From positions 1-59,676 of the forward strand of contig CAWULX010000001.1 in assembly GCA_963923775.1 (NCBI GenBank): a DNA stretch of 59,676 nucleotides, written 5' to 3'. A program made the position numbers and the translations under genes. The notes under the pieces are model-generated. The model saw nothing but the letters and a program-made list of their open reading frames with translations. It made no database searches and was not told where the DNA came from. The DNA is from an uncultured bacterium (GTDB lineage: Bacteria > Bacteroidota > Bacteroidia > Chitinophagales > Chitinophagaceae). Positions 48,281 to 58,445 of the stretch are shown here, piece by piece; the first letter of the stretch is position 1, and each line of letters opens with the position of its first letter.

Positions 48281-48639
48281 AAGTCGTCTTCGAAATCATC
48301 GTCCTTATCTCCAAATAAATCGTCGTCGAAATCATCGTCTAAGTTTAAATCATCTACGTCATCGGATGCATCCGCATCCTCTTCTTTACCCTTCTTTCCC
48401 TTTCCTGCCTTCTTGGGTGTCTTACTTTTTGGAATATCAAATTCATCAAAGTCTGGATCCCAACTATCATCCTCTTCGTCTGCTTTTCCCCAATCATCGT
48501 CTATGTCCTCTTCGTCATCTAAATCATCGTCGTCATCAACTACTTTTTTCTTAGAAGATGCTTTTCTCACTTTTTCCGCTGCATCAAAAGTTGATTTTTT
48601 AGAAGCGGACTTTTTTGCTGGTGCTGATTTTACTGCCAT
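48277..48639 (-). CDS. Hypothetical low-complexity Lys/Asp-block protein
   Basis: 120-aa ATG ORF fills the gap downstream of purA; alternating basic and acidic blocks around WDPDFDEFDIPKS. Confidence 0.75.
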   Translation of the reverse strand: MAVKSAPAKKSASKKSTFDAAEKVRKASSKKKVVDDDDDLDDEEDIDDDWGKADEEDDSWDPDFDEFDIPKSKTPKKAGKGKKGKEEDADASDDVDDLNLDDDFDDDLFGDKDDDFEDDF

Positions 48640-48716
48640 AGGTCTTTAAAAATTACAACGTAAAATTTCAAATCATTTCTTTATTTACCAAAAAAAAGAG
48701 ACTTTTTTTTATAAAA

Positions 48717-49979
48717 TTATAAGTGTATTATTTGGTCTCTTCCTGGACCATTTGATACATATTTAACTTCCACCCCAAGGTAGCTATTAATAAATTCAAT
48801 ATATGTTTTCATGGTATTAGGAACTTCAGTAGCATTTTTCATTTTGCTAGAATCGATATTCCAGCCCTCCATTTTTTTCCAGATAGGTTTTACTGGGGTA
48901 CCCACTAATTGAAAAGGGACATAATCTATTTGTTTGCCTTCCATTTCGTAAGCAACTCCTAATTCTAATTCTTTAAAAGAATCCAAGATATCGGCTTTGG
49001 TCATTATAATCTGTGTTACCCCATTAATCATGCAAGTATATTTCAAAGCCACTAAATCTATCCAACCACAACGACGAGGTCGCCCAGTAGTGGCACCAAA
49101 TTCAGAACCAATTTTTCTTAATTCTTCCCCTTTCTCATCAAATAATTCGGTAGGGAAGGGGCCGCTACCCACTCTTGTGCAATATGCTTTGGTAATACCG
49201 AACACCTCACCAATTTGTTTTGGAGAAATACCTAATCCAGTACAAACTCCCGCAGAAATTGTATTGGAAGAAGTTACAAAAGGGAAAGTTCCAAAATCAA
49301 TGTCTAACATTGAACCTTGAGCACCTTCTGCTAAAACTTTTTTACCCTTTGAAATTTGCTCATTGATAAAATACTCGCAATTGATAATGTTTAATGTTTT
49401 CAAGAATTCAATTGCTTCAAAAAACTCAGATTCCATTTCAGAAATATCTTCATTGAAATTGTAGCTATCCAAAATCTTTTGATGTTTCATTCTTAAAGCA
49501 ATGTATTTGCTAATGAATTTCTTATCTAACAAATCGCCTACTCTTAAAGCATTTCTACCCGTTTTGTCCATATAAGCTGGACCTATACCTTTTAAAGTAG
49601 AACCAATTTTTGCTTCACCTTTTGCTAATTCTGAAGCTTTGTCTAATGCTCTGTGTGAAGGAATAATAATATTAGTGCGCTCAGAAATAAATAAATTCTT
49701 TTTTACATCTACCCCCATAGTTGCAACCGCGTCACATTCTTTTTTTAAAGTTACTGGATCTAGTACTACACCATTTCCAATAATATTAATTTTGTCTTGA
49801 TGAAAAATGCCTGAAGGTATTTGATGCAAAACCATTTTAGTGCCGTTCACGTATAATGTATGTCCTGCATTTGGTCCACCTTGGAACCTTGCGATCACAT
49901 CATAATTAGGAGCAAAATAATCTACTATTTTACCTTTTCCTTCGTCGCCCCATTGTAGGCCTAAGATTACATCTACCAT
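48717..49979 (-). CDS. purA: Adenylosuccinate synthetase
   Basis: GLQWGDEGKGK, GGPNAGHT, EGAQG, GATTGRPRRCGW; start at ATG 49979. Confidence 0.97.
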   Translation of the reverse strand: MVDVILGLQWGDEGKGKIVDYFAPNYDVIARFQGGPNAGHTLYVNGTKMVLHQIPSGIFHQDKINIIGNGVVLDPVTLKKECDAVATMGVDVKKNLFISERTNIIIPSHRALDKASELAKGEAKIGSTLKGIGPAYMDKTGRNALRVGDLLDKKFISKYIALRMKHQKILDSYNFNEDISEMESEFFEAIEFLKTLNIINCEYFINEQISKGKKVLAEGAQGSMLDIDFGTFPFVTSSNTISAGVCTGLGISPKQIGEVFGITKAYCTRVGSGPFPTELFDEKGEELRKIGSEFGATTGRPRRCGWIDLVALKYTCMINGVTQIIMTKADILDSFKELELGVAYEMEGKQIDYVPFQLVGTPVKPIWKKMEGWNIDSSKMKNATEVPNTMKTYIEFINSYLGVEVKYVSNGPGRDQIIHL

Positions 49980-50013
49980 GATTTTGTATTTGAGTAGCAA
50001 AAATATGTTTTTT

Positions 50014-52275
50014 TTACACGCTCTCAGTATCAAATCTGTCTACTCGCTGAATTCCATTTAAAGATTTTATTTTATCCACAAGTAACTCCAATTCATCTTT
50101 GTCATGTACATACACTTTAATAGTACCCTGGAACAGTCCTTCCTTGGATTCAATGGTCAAAGCGGCAATATTAATTTTCAATTCTCCACTGATAATGTTA
50201 GTAATTTTATTCACTACACCCACATCGTCTAAGCCCACAATACGAAGGCCCGTTAGGAAGGAAATTTCTTTATTTTTAGCCCACTTGGTTTTAACTACTC
50301 TATGACCATAATTAGCTAACAATTGTGTAGCATTCGGACAATTGGTTCTATGAATGATCAAGCCCTTACCTGTACTCACAAAACCAAATACATCATCGCC
50401 AGGGATAGGGTTACAACATTTACCTAAACTGTATTGAATTTTATCACTTGACTCTCCAAAGATGATTAATTCAGAATCTTTTTTATTATAAGTCTTTTGG
50501 GCAGGATCAAAAACAACAGGTTCTGTTTCGGTACTTATTTGTATTGGTTTGGGCGCTTCTATTTTATCTCCTATCACTTGGAATAATTTAAGTTCTTTTA
50601 AATCATTCTTTTTGGTGGCAATATTATAATGTAGGTCTAAATGACTAGTTAATTTATAATAATTAACTAATTGGTCAATATTGTAAGGACTATAGGAAGC
50701 TCCTATACCTTCCAGCTTTCTTTGTAATGTGTATTTACCTTCCTCGGCAATAGATTTTTTCTCCTCTCTTAAAGCATCTTTGATGCTATTTTTTGCTTTA
50801 GCAGTCACTACCATGTTCAACCAATCTTCGCTAGGCTTTTGTTTGTTGCTGGTGATAATTTCTATTTGGTCACCACTTCTTAACGTATGACCAATAGGAA
50901 CTAATTTATGATTTACTTTGGCGCCAATACATTTGGAGCCAATAGCTGTATGAATATAGAAAGCGAAGTCTAAAGCAGAACTATTGGTTGGCAGCATTTT
51001 TACTTCACCCTTGGGCGTGTACACATAAATTTCTTCTGCCAAGAAAGAGGTTTTAAAATCTTGCAAGAAATCAATTCCGTCTTCTTGTTGATTCCCTAAT
51101 GCTTCTCTAATTTGAATAAACCATTTATCAAATCTATCTTCAGAGGGGGTGCCTTCTTTGTATTTAAAATGAGCTGCCAAACCTTTTTCAGCAATCTCGT
51201 TCATTCGCTTTGTTCTAATTTGCACTTCCACCCATTTACCCTGAGGTCCCATCACGGTAGTATGCAAAGCTTCATAACCATTGCTTTTCGGGTTACTCAA
51301 CCAATCTCTTAATCTTTCAGGAGAGGGGAGATATTCGTCAGTGATCAAGGAATACACTTTCCAGCAGGCTTCTTTTTCAATTTCTAAAGGCACATCTAAT
51401 ATAACCCTAATGGCAAATAAATCATATACCTCTTCAAAGCTTACTCCCTTCTTTTTAATTTTATTCCAAATGGAGTGAATGCTTTTTGGACGACCGTATA
51501 TCTCTGTGGGGTATTGCGTATTAGTTAATTTATCTTTTAATGGTCTGATAAATTCGTTGATATATTTTGTACGTTCTCTTTTTGTTTCAGCTAATTTTTT
51601 GGCAATTTCTTTATACTTGTCTGGCTCTAGATACTTCATCGACAAGTCTTCCAGCTCCGTCTTAATATTATACAAGCCCATTCTATGTGCTAAGGGAGAG
51701 TATACCCAAATGGTTTCAGAAGCAATTTTTAATTGTTTTTCTTGCTTCATAGAATCCAAGGTTCGCATGTTGTGTAATCGATCTGCCAACTTGATCAGAA
51801 TTACTCTTGGGTCATCTGTAAGAGTTAATAAAATTTTCTTAAAATTTTCTGCTTGTTGACTACTATTGGTGGTCATCACTGTAGAAATCTTAGTTAAACC
51901 ATCTACAATTTTAGTAATCTCATTCCCAAATTCACTTTTAATATCCTCTAAACTAATATCGGTATCTTCAACAGTATCATGTAGTAAAGCACAAATCGTA
52001 CTTCTAACTCCTAATCCAATTTCATCTACACATATCATTGCCACCGCAATGGGATGAAGAATATAAGGTTCACCACTTTTTCTACGCATGGTTTTATGCG
52101 CATCTGCAGCCATTTCAAAAGCAGTTCTAAGTAATTCTTTATCTCCTTTCTTTAATTTGGACTTCAACATTTTCAAGAGGGCACGATAATGTCGAACAAT
52201 TTCTTTTTTTTCTTGTTCTTCATCTAAATCCCAGTTTTTGATGACTGGAAGTATATCGTTTTCTTGATTGTCCAT
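50014..52275 (-). CDS. Bifunctional (p)ppGpp synthetase/hydrolase (long RSH, Rel/SpoT)
   Basis: RKSGEPY, HDTVED, KLADRLHNMRT, GRPK..SI, NGYEALHTT, EVQIRT; TGS, CC-zinc and ACT domains. Confidence 0.95.
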   Translation of the reverse strand: MDNQENDILPVIKNWDLDEEQEKKEIVRHYRALLKMLKSKLKKGDKELLRTAFEMAADAHKTMRRKSGEPYILHPIAVAMICVDEIGLGVRSTICALLHDTVEDTDISLEDIKSEFGNEITKIVDGLTKISTVMTTNSSQQAENFKKILLTLTDDPRVILIKLADRLHNMRTLDSMKQEKQLKIASETIWVYSPLAHRMGLYNIKTELEDLSMKYLEPDKYKEIAKKLAETKRERTKYINEFIRPLKDKLTNTQYPTEIYGRPKSIHSIWNKIKKKGVSFEEVYDLFAIRVILDVPLEIEKEACWKVYSLITDEYLPSPERLRDWLSNPKSNGYEALHTTVMGPQGKWVEVQIRTKRMNEIAEKGLAAHFKYKEGTPSEDRFDKWFIQIREALGNQQEDGIDFLQDFKTSFLAEEIYVYTPKGEVKMLPTNSSALDFAFYIHTAIGSKCIGAKVNHKLVPIGHTLRSGDQIEIITSNKQKPSEDWLNMVVTAKAKNSIKDALREEKKSIAEEGKYTLQRKLEGIGASYSPYNIDQLVNYYKLTSHLDLHYNIATKKNDLKELKLFQVIGDKIEAPKPIQISTETEPVVFDPAQKTYNKKDSELIIFGESSDKIQYSLGKCCNPIPGDDVFGFVSTGKGLIIHRTNCPNATQLLANYGHRVVKTKWAKNKEISFLTGLRIVGLDDVGVVNKITNIISGELKINIAALTIESKEGLFQGTIKVYVHDKDELELLVDKIKSLNGIQRVDRFDTESV

Positions 52276-52319
52276 TGGTCTACGAAAATACGTAAAAATG
52301 AGTGTAACTTTGAGGACTT

Positions 52320-54134
52320 ATGTCAGATCAGCCAGCTAAGAAAATATTTAAACTAGCCCTACTTTCTAGGGTATTTTCATTTGTTAGACCTTATCGATTT
52401 ATTTTTTTAGGTAATCTGGTATTGGCAATTGTTCTAGCATTTGCCACTCCTATCAGACCTTATATTATTCAAGTAACTGTAAATACTGCAATTGGGAAGT
52501 CAGTAGTCCTGCCTTATTGGTTACATTGGGTATTACCCCAACAAGCTTTTTCAACAGCATTGCAACTTATTCTGGCCCTAACCATTTTTCAGGTGGGCTT
52601 TATTATTCTCGAAACTTTCTTTAGGTTTTTATTCACTTTTGGTATGGCTTGGCTAGGCCAACAAGTAATTCGTGATTTAAGAAATCAAGTGTATGAGAAG
52701 ATAATGCTTTGGGAAATGCGTCAGTTTGATAAAACTCCCATTGGCACTTTAACTACAAGGACAATTAATGATATTGAGAGTATTAATGATATTTTTTCTG
52801 ACGGATTAATTCCTATACTAGCAGATTTGCTAACCATCATTGTCACTTTGACTACTATGTTTTTTATTAATTGGAAATTGACTCTAATTTGTTTAGTTCC
52901 TTTTCCTATAATGTTAATTGCAACATATTTTTTTAAAGAAAGCGTTAATAAAAGTTTCATTCAAGTAAGAAATGCAGTTGCTGCATTAAATGCCTTTGTG
53001 CAAGAGCATATTTCTGGAATGCAAGTAGTACAAGCCTTTGCTGCAGAAGATAGGGAGATGAAAAAATTTGAAAAAATCAATCAACAACATAGGGCAGCAA
53101 ACATTAAAGCTATTTTTGCATACTCCGTTTTTTTTCCTGTAGTGGAAGTGGTTTTAGCATTAAGCGTTGGCTTAATTGTTTGGTGGGTGGCTGATAGTTC
53201 ACTGGATGCGGGTTTATTAGTGGCTTTTATTTTGTTCTTGAATCAAATTTTTAGACCACTTCGAATGATCGCTGATAAATTTAATGTCTTACAAATGGGT
53301 ATGGTAGCAGCAGAGAGAGTGTTCAAGGTTTTAGATAATGAAGATGTCACTTTAAACAATGGAGATTATGTTCCAACTAAAATAGAAGGAGAAATTGAAT
53401 TTAATAAAGTACAATTTGCTTATGATCCACCTGCTTGGGTATTGAAGGAAGTTAGTTTTAAAGTAGCAGCTGGTAAAACCATTGCTTTAGTTGGACATAC
53501 AGGTAGTGGAAAGACCTCTATTATTAGTATTTTAAACAGGTTATATCCATACCAATCTGGCCAAATCTTTTTAGACAATCGTCCTCTTGAATCTTATTCT
53601 TTAAATACTTTAAGAGGTTCCATTGGCGTGGTATTGCAAGATGTGTTCTTGTTTTCGGGCTCTATTGTAGATAATATTACTTTAAGAAATCCATCTATTG
53701 GCATGGAAAAAGTGGTAGAAGCAGCAAAGATGATCGGCATGCATGATTTTATCATGCAATTACCAGGTGGATATGAATACCAAGTGATGGAAAGAGGGGC
53801 TACATTAAGTTTAGGACAAAGACAATTATTGAGTTTTATTAGAGCGCTACTTTATGATCCGGCAATTTTAATTTTAGATGAAGCCACTTCTTCCATAGAT
53901 ACGGAAAGTGAACAAATGATTGAAAAAGCGATAGATACCTTAATCAAAGGAAGAACTTCTGTAGTCATCGCACACAGACTTTCTACCATTAGAAAAGCTG
54001 ACACCATTATTGTACTTGATAAGGGTGAGATTAAAGAAATGGGTGCCCATAATGAGCTGGTAGAAAAAGGTGGATTTTATGCCAGTTTAATTGAGATGCA
54101 AATGGCCTCTATTAACGCTGCAAATAAAATGTAA
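52320..54134 (+). CDS. ABC transporter, fused permease/ATPase (multidrug/lipid exporter type)
   Basis: TM domain plus GHTGSGKT, LSLGQRQ, ILDEATS, IAHRL. Confidence 0.93.
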   Translation: MSDQPAKKIFKLALLSRVFSFVRPYRFIFLGNLVLAIVLAFATPIRPYIIQVTVNTAIGKSVVLPYWLHWVLPQQAFSTALQLILALTIFQVGFIILETFFRFLFTFGMAWLGQQVIRDLRNQVYEKIMLWEMRQFDKTPIGTLTTRTINDIESINDIFSDGLIPILADLLTIIVTLTTMFFINWKLTLICLVPFPIMLIATYFFKESVNKSFIQVRNAVAALNAFVQEHISGMQVVQAFAAEDREMKKFEKINQQHRAANIKAIFAYSVFFPVVEVVLALSVGLIVWWVADSSLDAGLLVAFILFLNQIFRPLRMIADKFNVLQMGMVAAERVFKVLDNEDVTLNNGDYVPTKIEGEIEFNKVQFAYDPPAWVLKEVSFKVAAGKTIALVGHTGSGKTSIISILNRLYPYQSGQIFLDNRPLESYSLNTLRGSIGVVLQDVFLFSGSIVDNITLRNPSIGMEKVVEAAKMIGMHDFIMQLPGGYEYQVMERGATLSLGQRQLLSFIRALLYDPAILILDEATSSIDTESEQMIEKAIDTLIKGRTSVVIAHRLSTIRKADTIIVLDKGEIKEMGAHNELVEKGGFYASLIEMQMASINAANKM

Positions 54135-54257
54135 GTATCAGATAATCAATTAGTTAAAATCTTTTCGGTTTTTTTTATTCACTAAGTCAATTTCTATTAA
54201 GAATTAAGGCATTTCAAGAACTTTATTCCTATCTTTGCCGCAAATTTTGAGATAGGT

Positions 54258-55352
54258 ATGTACTTGAATCGTTTTAAATCTTTACTGGTAGTGAGTTTGA
54301 GCCTTGTGGCCATCTTATTTTCAACAGCTGTCATGGCTTCTGAAAACGAAGTTGCAGCAAAAAAAGAAGGTGATTTTAATGTTACAGAAACTATTTTAGA
54401 ACATATTAAAGACGATCATAGCTGGCATTTATGGGGACATACTTCAATTCATTTGCCTGTGATATTATACACATCAAAAGGACTTGAGTATTTTTCTTCA
54501 GAGAAATTAGTAGACGAACATCATGAGCCAGCTGTTTATCATGGAAACTTTGACTATAAATTAATTGAAGGAAAAACAAAGATTGTAGATGCTAATGGGA
54601 ATATAGATGCAGCTGCAAGTAAGCAATTATGGGATTTCTCTATTACAAAAAACGTTGCTAGTTTATTTGTTTCTGTAATTATTTTATTGCTAGTATTATT
54701 ATCTGCTGCTAATGCTTATAAAAGAACTGGTATTAAAACGGCTCCAAAAGGGGTACAATCTTTAATGGAGCCCATTGTACTTTTTGTTCGTGATGAAGTT
54801 GCTATACCAAATATTGGTGCAAAAAAGGCTGGTAAGTATATGCCTTTTTTATTGACTATTTTCTTTTTGATTTTAACAAATAACTTTTTGGGTTTAATTC
54901 CATTCTTCCCTGGAGGTGCTAATGTAAGTGGAAATATTGCTTTCACTATGACTCTAGCAGTTTGTGTATTTATTGTTGTTAATTTAAATGCCAACAAAAG
55001 TTATTGGGAACATATTTTTTGGATGCCAGGTATGCATTGGAGTATGAAATTGTTTTTAGCTCCGATTGAATTAATTGGTGTGTTTACTAAACCAATCTCT
55101 TTAATGATTCGTTTGTTTGCAAACATTACAGCTGGTCACATTCTAGTATTAAGTTTGATCTGTTTAATCTTCATATTCAAAACGGTTTTTGCTTCTGCAA
55201 TTGCAGTTCCTTTCGCAGTATTTATTGGCATGATTGAATTATTGGTAGCTTTCTTACAAGCATTCATTTTCACCATGTTGGCTGCGATGTATATTGGAAT
55301 GGCAACAGAAGAGCATCACCATGAAGCACATGAAGGTGTAGCACATCATTAA
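54258..55352 (+). CDS. atpB: F0F1 ATP synthase subunit a (N-terminally extended)
   Basis: NFLGLIP, KPISLMIRLFANITAGH, ELLVAFLQAFIF; TATCTTTG promoter upstream. Confidence 0.96.
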   Translation: MYLNRFKSLLVVSLSLVAILFSTAVMASENEVAAKKEGDFNVTETILEHIKDDHSWHLWGHTSIHLPVILYTSKGLEYFSSEKLVDEHHEPAVYHGNFDYKLIEGKTKIVDANGNIDAAASKQLWDFSITKNVASLFVSVIILLLVLLSAANAYKRTGIKTAPKGVQSLMEPIVLFVRDEVAIPNIGAKKAGKYMPFLLTIFFLILTNNFLGLIPFFPGGANVSGNIAFTMTLAVCVFIVVNLNANKSYWEHIFWMPGMHWSMKLFLAPIELIGVFTKPISLMIRLFANITAGHILVLSLICLIFIFKTVFASAIAVPFAVFIGMIELLVAFLQAFIFTMLAAMYIGMATEEHHHEAHEGVAHH

Positions 55353-55381
55353 TAAAAAAGTAATAAAGATTTTTTCAATAA

Positions 55382-55612
<231 letters not shown>

Positions 55613-55634
55613 TCTTGATAGATGATTTCAAATG

Positions 55635-55676
55635 AATTAAAGGCCCGAGCAAAGGGCAAAAGGCCTTTAATTTTTT
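55635..55676 (+). terminator. Intra-operon hairpin with U-tract between atpE and atpF
   Basis: AATTAAAGGCC..GGCCTTTAATT followed by TTTT. Confidence 0.55.
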
Positions 55677-55710
55677 ATTGAATATTTATTCATGAGTTAA
55701 TAAGAAAACT

Positions 55711-56220
55711 ATGTTATTAGAAATTAATCCTTTGGTGTTACCTGATATTGGCTTAGTGTTTTGGAACACTATTGCTTTTTTAGTGCTATTAATTGTACTA
55801 GGAAAGTTTGCATGGAAACCAATGTTAAAAGCAATCAATGAACGTGAGTCTGGCATCGAAGAAGCTTTGTTAAAGGCAGATAAGATGAAAGCAGAAATCA
55901 CTGCAATGCAAAATGAAAATGAAGCATTGTTGGCTAAAGCACGTGAAGAAAGAGCAACTATTATTAAAGAAGCTAAAGAAGCATCTGAGAAAATGGTAAA
56001 TGAAGCTAAAGACAAAGCAAAGTCTGAATATGAAAGAATTATTTCAGATGCGCAAGCTGCTATTGCACAACAAAAAAATGCTGCCATGGTAGAAGTTAAA
56101 AATCAGGTAGGTGCTTTGGTAATCAATGTAGCTGAAAAAGTTTTGCGTAAGGAATTATCTAACAAAGCAGATCAAGAAAGCTATATCAAACAAATAGCCG
56201 AAGAAGTTAAATTAAATTAA
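55711..56220 (+). CDS. atpF: F0F1 ATP synthase subunit b
   Basis: TM helix, KFAWKPM..AINERE, long coiled coil. Confidence 0.95.
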   Translation: MLLEINPLVLPDIGLVFWNTIAFLVLLIVLGKFAWKPMLKAINERESGIEEALLKADKMKAEITAMQNENEALLAKAREERATIIKEAKEASEKMVNEAKDKAKSEYERIISDAQAAIAQQKNAAMVEVKNQVGALVINVAEKVLRKELSNKADQESYIKQIAEEVKLN

Positions 56221-56230
56221 AAAGAGATTC

Positions 56231-56791
56231 ATGTCTAACGCACGTTTAGCTAACAGATACGCAAAAAGTTTAATTGATTTGGCTACAGAGCAAAATCAAT
56301 TAGAAACTGTATACACAGATATGAAGTATATTCAATCTGTTTGTAAAGCAAGCGCTGAATTTGTTAATCTTTTGCGCAGCCCAATTATCAAGGCAGAACA
56401 AAAAAATAGCATAATTGGAGTGGTTACAAAAGACAAAGTGAGTTCATTGACTAATTCATTTACTGTTTTAATAGTGAAGAAAGGTAGAGAAAGCGCGTTG
56501 CCAGAAATTGCTACTGCGTTTGTAGAACAATACAATGAAATCAAAGGAATACATCAAGTTACTTTAACTACAGCAGTTGCTGTGAGTGACGAGATGAAAA
56601 AATCTATCGAACAAAAAGTTAAATCTGCAAATCAGTTCACTACAGTTGAATTAACTACTAAAGTTGATGAAGCTTTAATTGGAGGATTTGTTCTAGAGTT
56701 TAATAACAATTTGTTGGATGCAAGTATCGCAAGAGATTTAAAAGATATTAAGAAGCAATTTTTGAATAACGAATTTATAAGTAAAATATAA
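56231..56791 (+). CDS. atpH: F0F1 ATP synthase subunit delta
   Basis: RYAKSL, L.SPII, KGRE..L, LIGGFVL, DASI. Confidence 0.95.
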   Translation: MSNARLANRYAKSLIDLATEQNQLETVYTDMKYIQSVCKASAEFVNLLRSPIIKAEQKNSIIGVVTKDKVSSLTNSFTVLIVKKGRESALPEIATAFVEQYNEIKGIHQVTLTTAVAVSDEMKKSIEQKVKSANQFTTVELTTKVDEALIGGFVLEFNNNLLDASIARDLKDIKKQFLNNEFISKI

Positions 56792-56819
56792 AATAACAAT
56801 TACATTAAAATAGACAGTT

Positions 56820-58397
56820 ATGGCGGACATTAAACCTGATGAAATATCGGCAATACTAAGACAGCAATTGAGTAATTTCAATGCTTCGGCTGATTTGGAA
56901 GAAGTGGGAACCGTATTACAAGTGGGTGATGGTATTGCCCGTGTATATGGCTTAAATGGCGTTAGAAGTGGAGAATTGGTGGAGTTTGAAAATGGCGTTA
57001 AAGCAATTGCATTGAACTTAGAAGAAGACAATGTGGGTGTGGTATTAATGGGAGATAGTAAGTCAATTAAAGAGGGAAACAAAGTAAAAAGAACTGGTCA
57101 GATCGCTTCTATTAAAGTAGGAGAAGGTTTGGTGGGTCGTGTTATTAATATGTTAGGTGAGCCTATCGATGGTAAAGGTCCTATTAAAGGTGATTTATAT
57201 GAAATGCCATTGGAGCGTAAAGCACCAGGGGTAATTTTCAGAGAGCCAGTAAAAGAACCATTACAAACGGGTATCAAAGCAATTGACGCGATGATCCCAA
57301 TTGGGCGTGGTCAACGTGAATTAGTAATTGGTGACCGTCAAACTGGTAAGACAGCTATTTGTATTGATACTATTATCAATCAAAAAGAGTTTTATGATGC
57401 TGGACAACCAGTTTATTGTATTTATGTTGCGATTGGACAAAAAGCATCAACTATTGCTGGTGTTATGAAAACATTAGAAGAGAATGGTGCAATGGCTTAT
57501 ACAACTATTGTAGCAGCTTCTGCAGCCGATCCAGCTCCTCAACAATTCTATGCACCATTTGCTGGTGCTGCTGTAGGTGAGTTCTTCCGTGATTGTGGTA
57601 AACCTGCATTGATTGTCTTTGATGACTTGTCAAAACAAGCGGTTGCGTATCGTGAAGTTTCATTGTTATTAAGAAGACCTCCAGGACGTGAAGCTTATCC
57701 TGGTGACGTATTCTATTTACATAGTCGTTTATTAGAGCGTGCTGCGAAAGTAATCGCCAATGACGAGATTGCTAAAAATATGAATGATTTACCAGAATCT
57801 ATTAAGCATTTGGTAAAAGGTGGAGGTTCTTTAACAGCATTGCCAATTATCGAAACACAAGCGGGTGATGTATCTGCTTATATCCCAACAAACGTAATCT
57901 CTATTACGGATGGTCAGATCTTCTTAGAGGGTAACTTATTTAACGCAGGTATTCGTCCAGCGATTAACGTAGGTATTTCTGTAAGTCGTGTGGGTGGTAA
58001 CGCGCAAATTAAATCAATGAAGAAAGTATCTGGTACATTAAAATTAGACCAAGCATTATACCGTGAATTAGAAGCTTTCTCTAAGTTTGGTGGTGACTTA
58101 GATGCTGCCACTAAAAATGTAATTGATAAAGGTGCAAGAAACGTAGAAATCTTAAAGCAAGCTCAATACACTCCTTTCACAGTAGAAAAGCAAGTTGCGA
58201 TTATCTACTTAGGTACGCAAGGTTTATTGAAAGAAGTTGCTGTAAGCAAGGTAAAAGAATTTGAAGCACATTTCTTATTAGAGATGAGTAATAAATTACC
58301 TAATGTTTTAGCAGAATTCAAAAAAGGTAATTTACCTGAAGATGGATTAAAACAAATGGTGGATCTTGCCAATGGTTTGATTCCTCAATACAAATAA
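56820..58397 (+). CDS. atpA: F0F1 ATP synthase subunit alpha
   Basis: [46 protein letters not shown]. Confidence 0.98.
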   Translation: MADIKPDEISAILRQQLSNFNASADLEEVGTVLQVGDGIARVYGLNGVRSGELVEFENGVKAIALNLEEDNVGVVLMGDSKSIKEGNKVKRTGQIASIKVGEGLVGRVINMLGEPIDGKGPIKGDLYEMPLERKAPGVIFREPVKEPLQTGIKAIDAMIPIGRGQRELVIGDRQTGKTAICIDTIINQKEFYDAGQPVYCIYVAIGQKASTIAGVMKTLEENGAMAYTTIVAASAADPAPQQFYAPFAGAAVGEFFRDCGKPALIVFDDLSKQAVAYREVSLLLRRPPGREAYPGDVFYLHSRLLERAAKVIANDEIAKNMNDLPESIKHLVKGGGSLTALPIIETQAGDVSAYIPTNVISITDGQIFLEGNLFNAGIRPAINVGISVSRVGGNAQIKSMKKVSGTLKLDQALYRELEAFSKFGGDLDAATKNVIDKGARNVEILKQAQYTPFTVEKQVAIIYLGTQGLLKEVAVSKVKEFEAHFLLEMSNKLPNVLAEFKKGNLPEDGLKQMVDLANGLIPQYK

Positions 58398-58405
58398 ATT
58401 CAATG

Positions 58406-58434
58406 AAAGCCCCGAACTAAATTCGGGGCTTTTT
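58406..58434 (+). terminator. Intrinsic terminator after atpA
   Basis: AAAGCCCCGAA-CTAAA-TTCGGGGCTTTTT. Confidence 0.9.
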
Positions 58435-58445
58435 GTTATTAATGT

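Noticed and set aside
48255-48649. Plus-strand His/Arg-rich and Ser-rich ORFs (48255-48554, 48413-48649)
   Set aside because: They are antisense reflections of the GAC/GAT-rich minus-strand ORF, which has the ATG start and the operon-consistent orientation.
32639-50033. Longest-ORF starts for gpmI (34201), the DUF4783-like gene (34192) and purA (50033)
   Set aside because: They create overlaps with neighbours and add non-conserved N-termini; downstream ATGs (34156, 34234, 49979) fit better.
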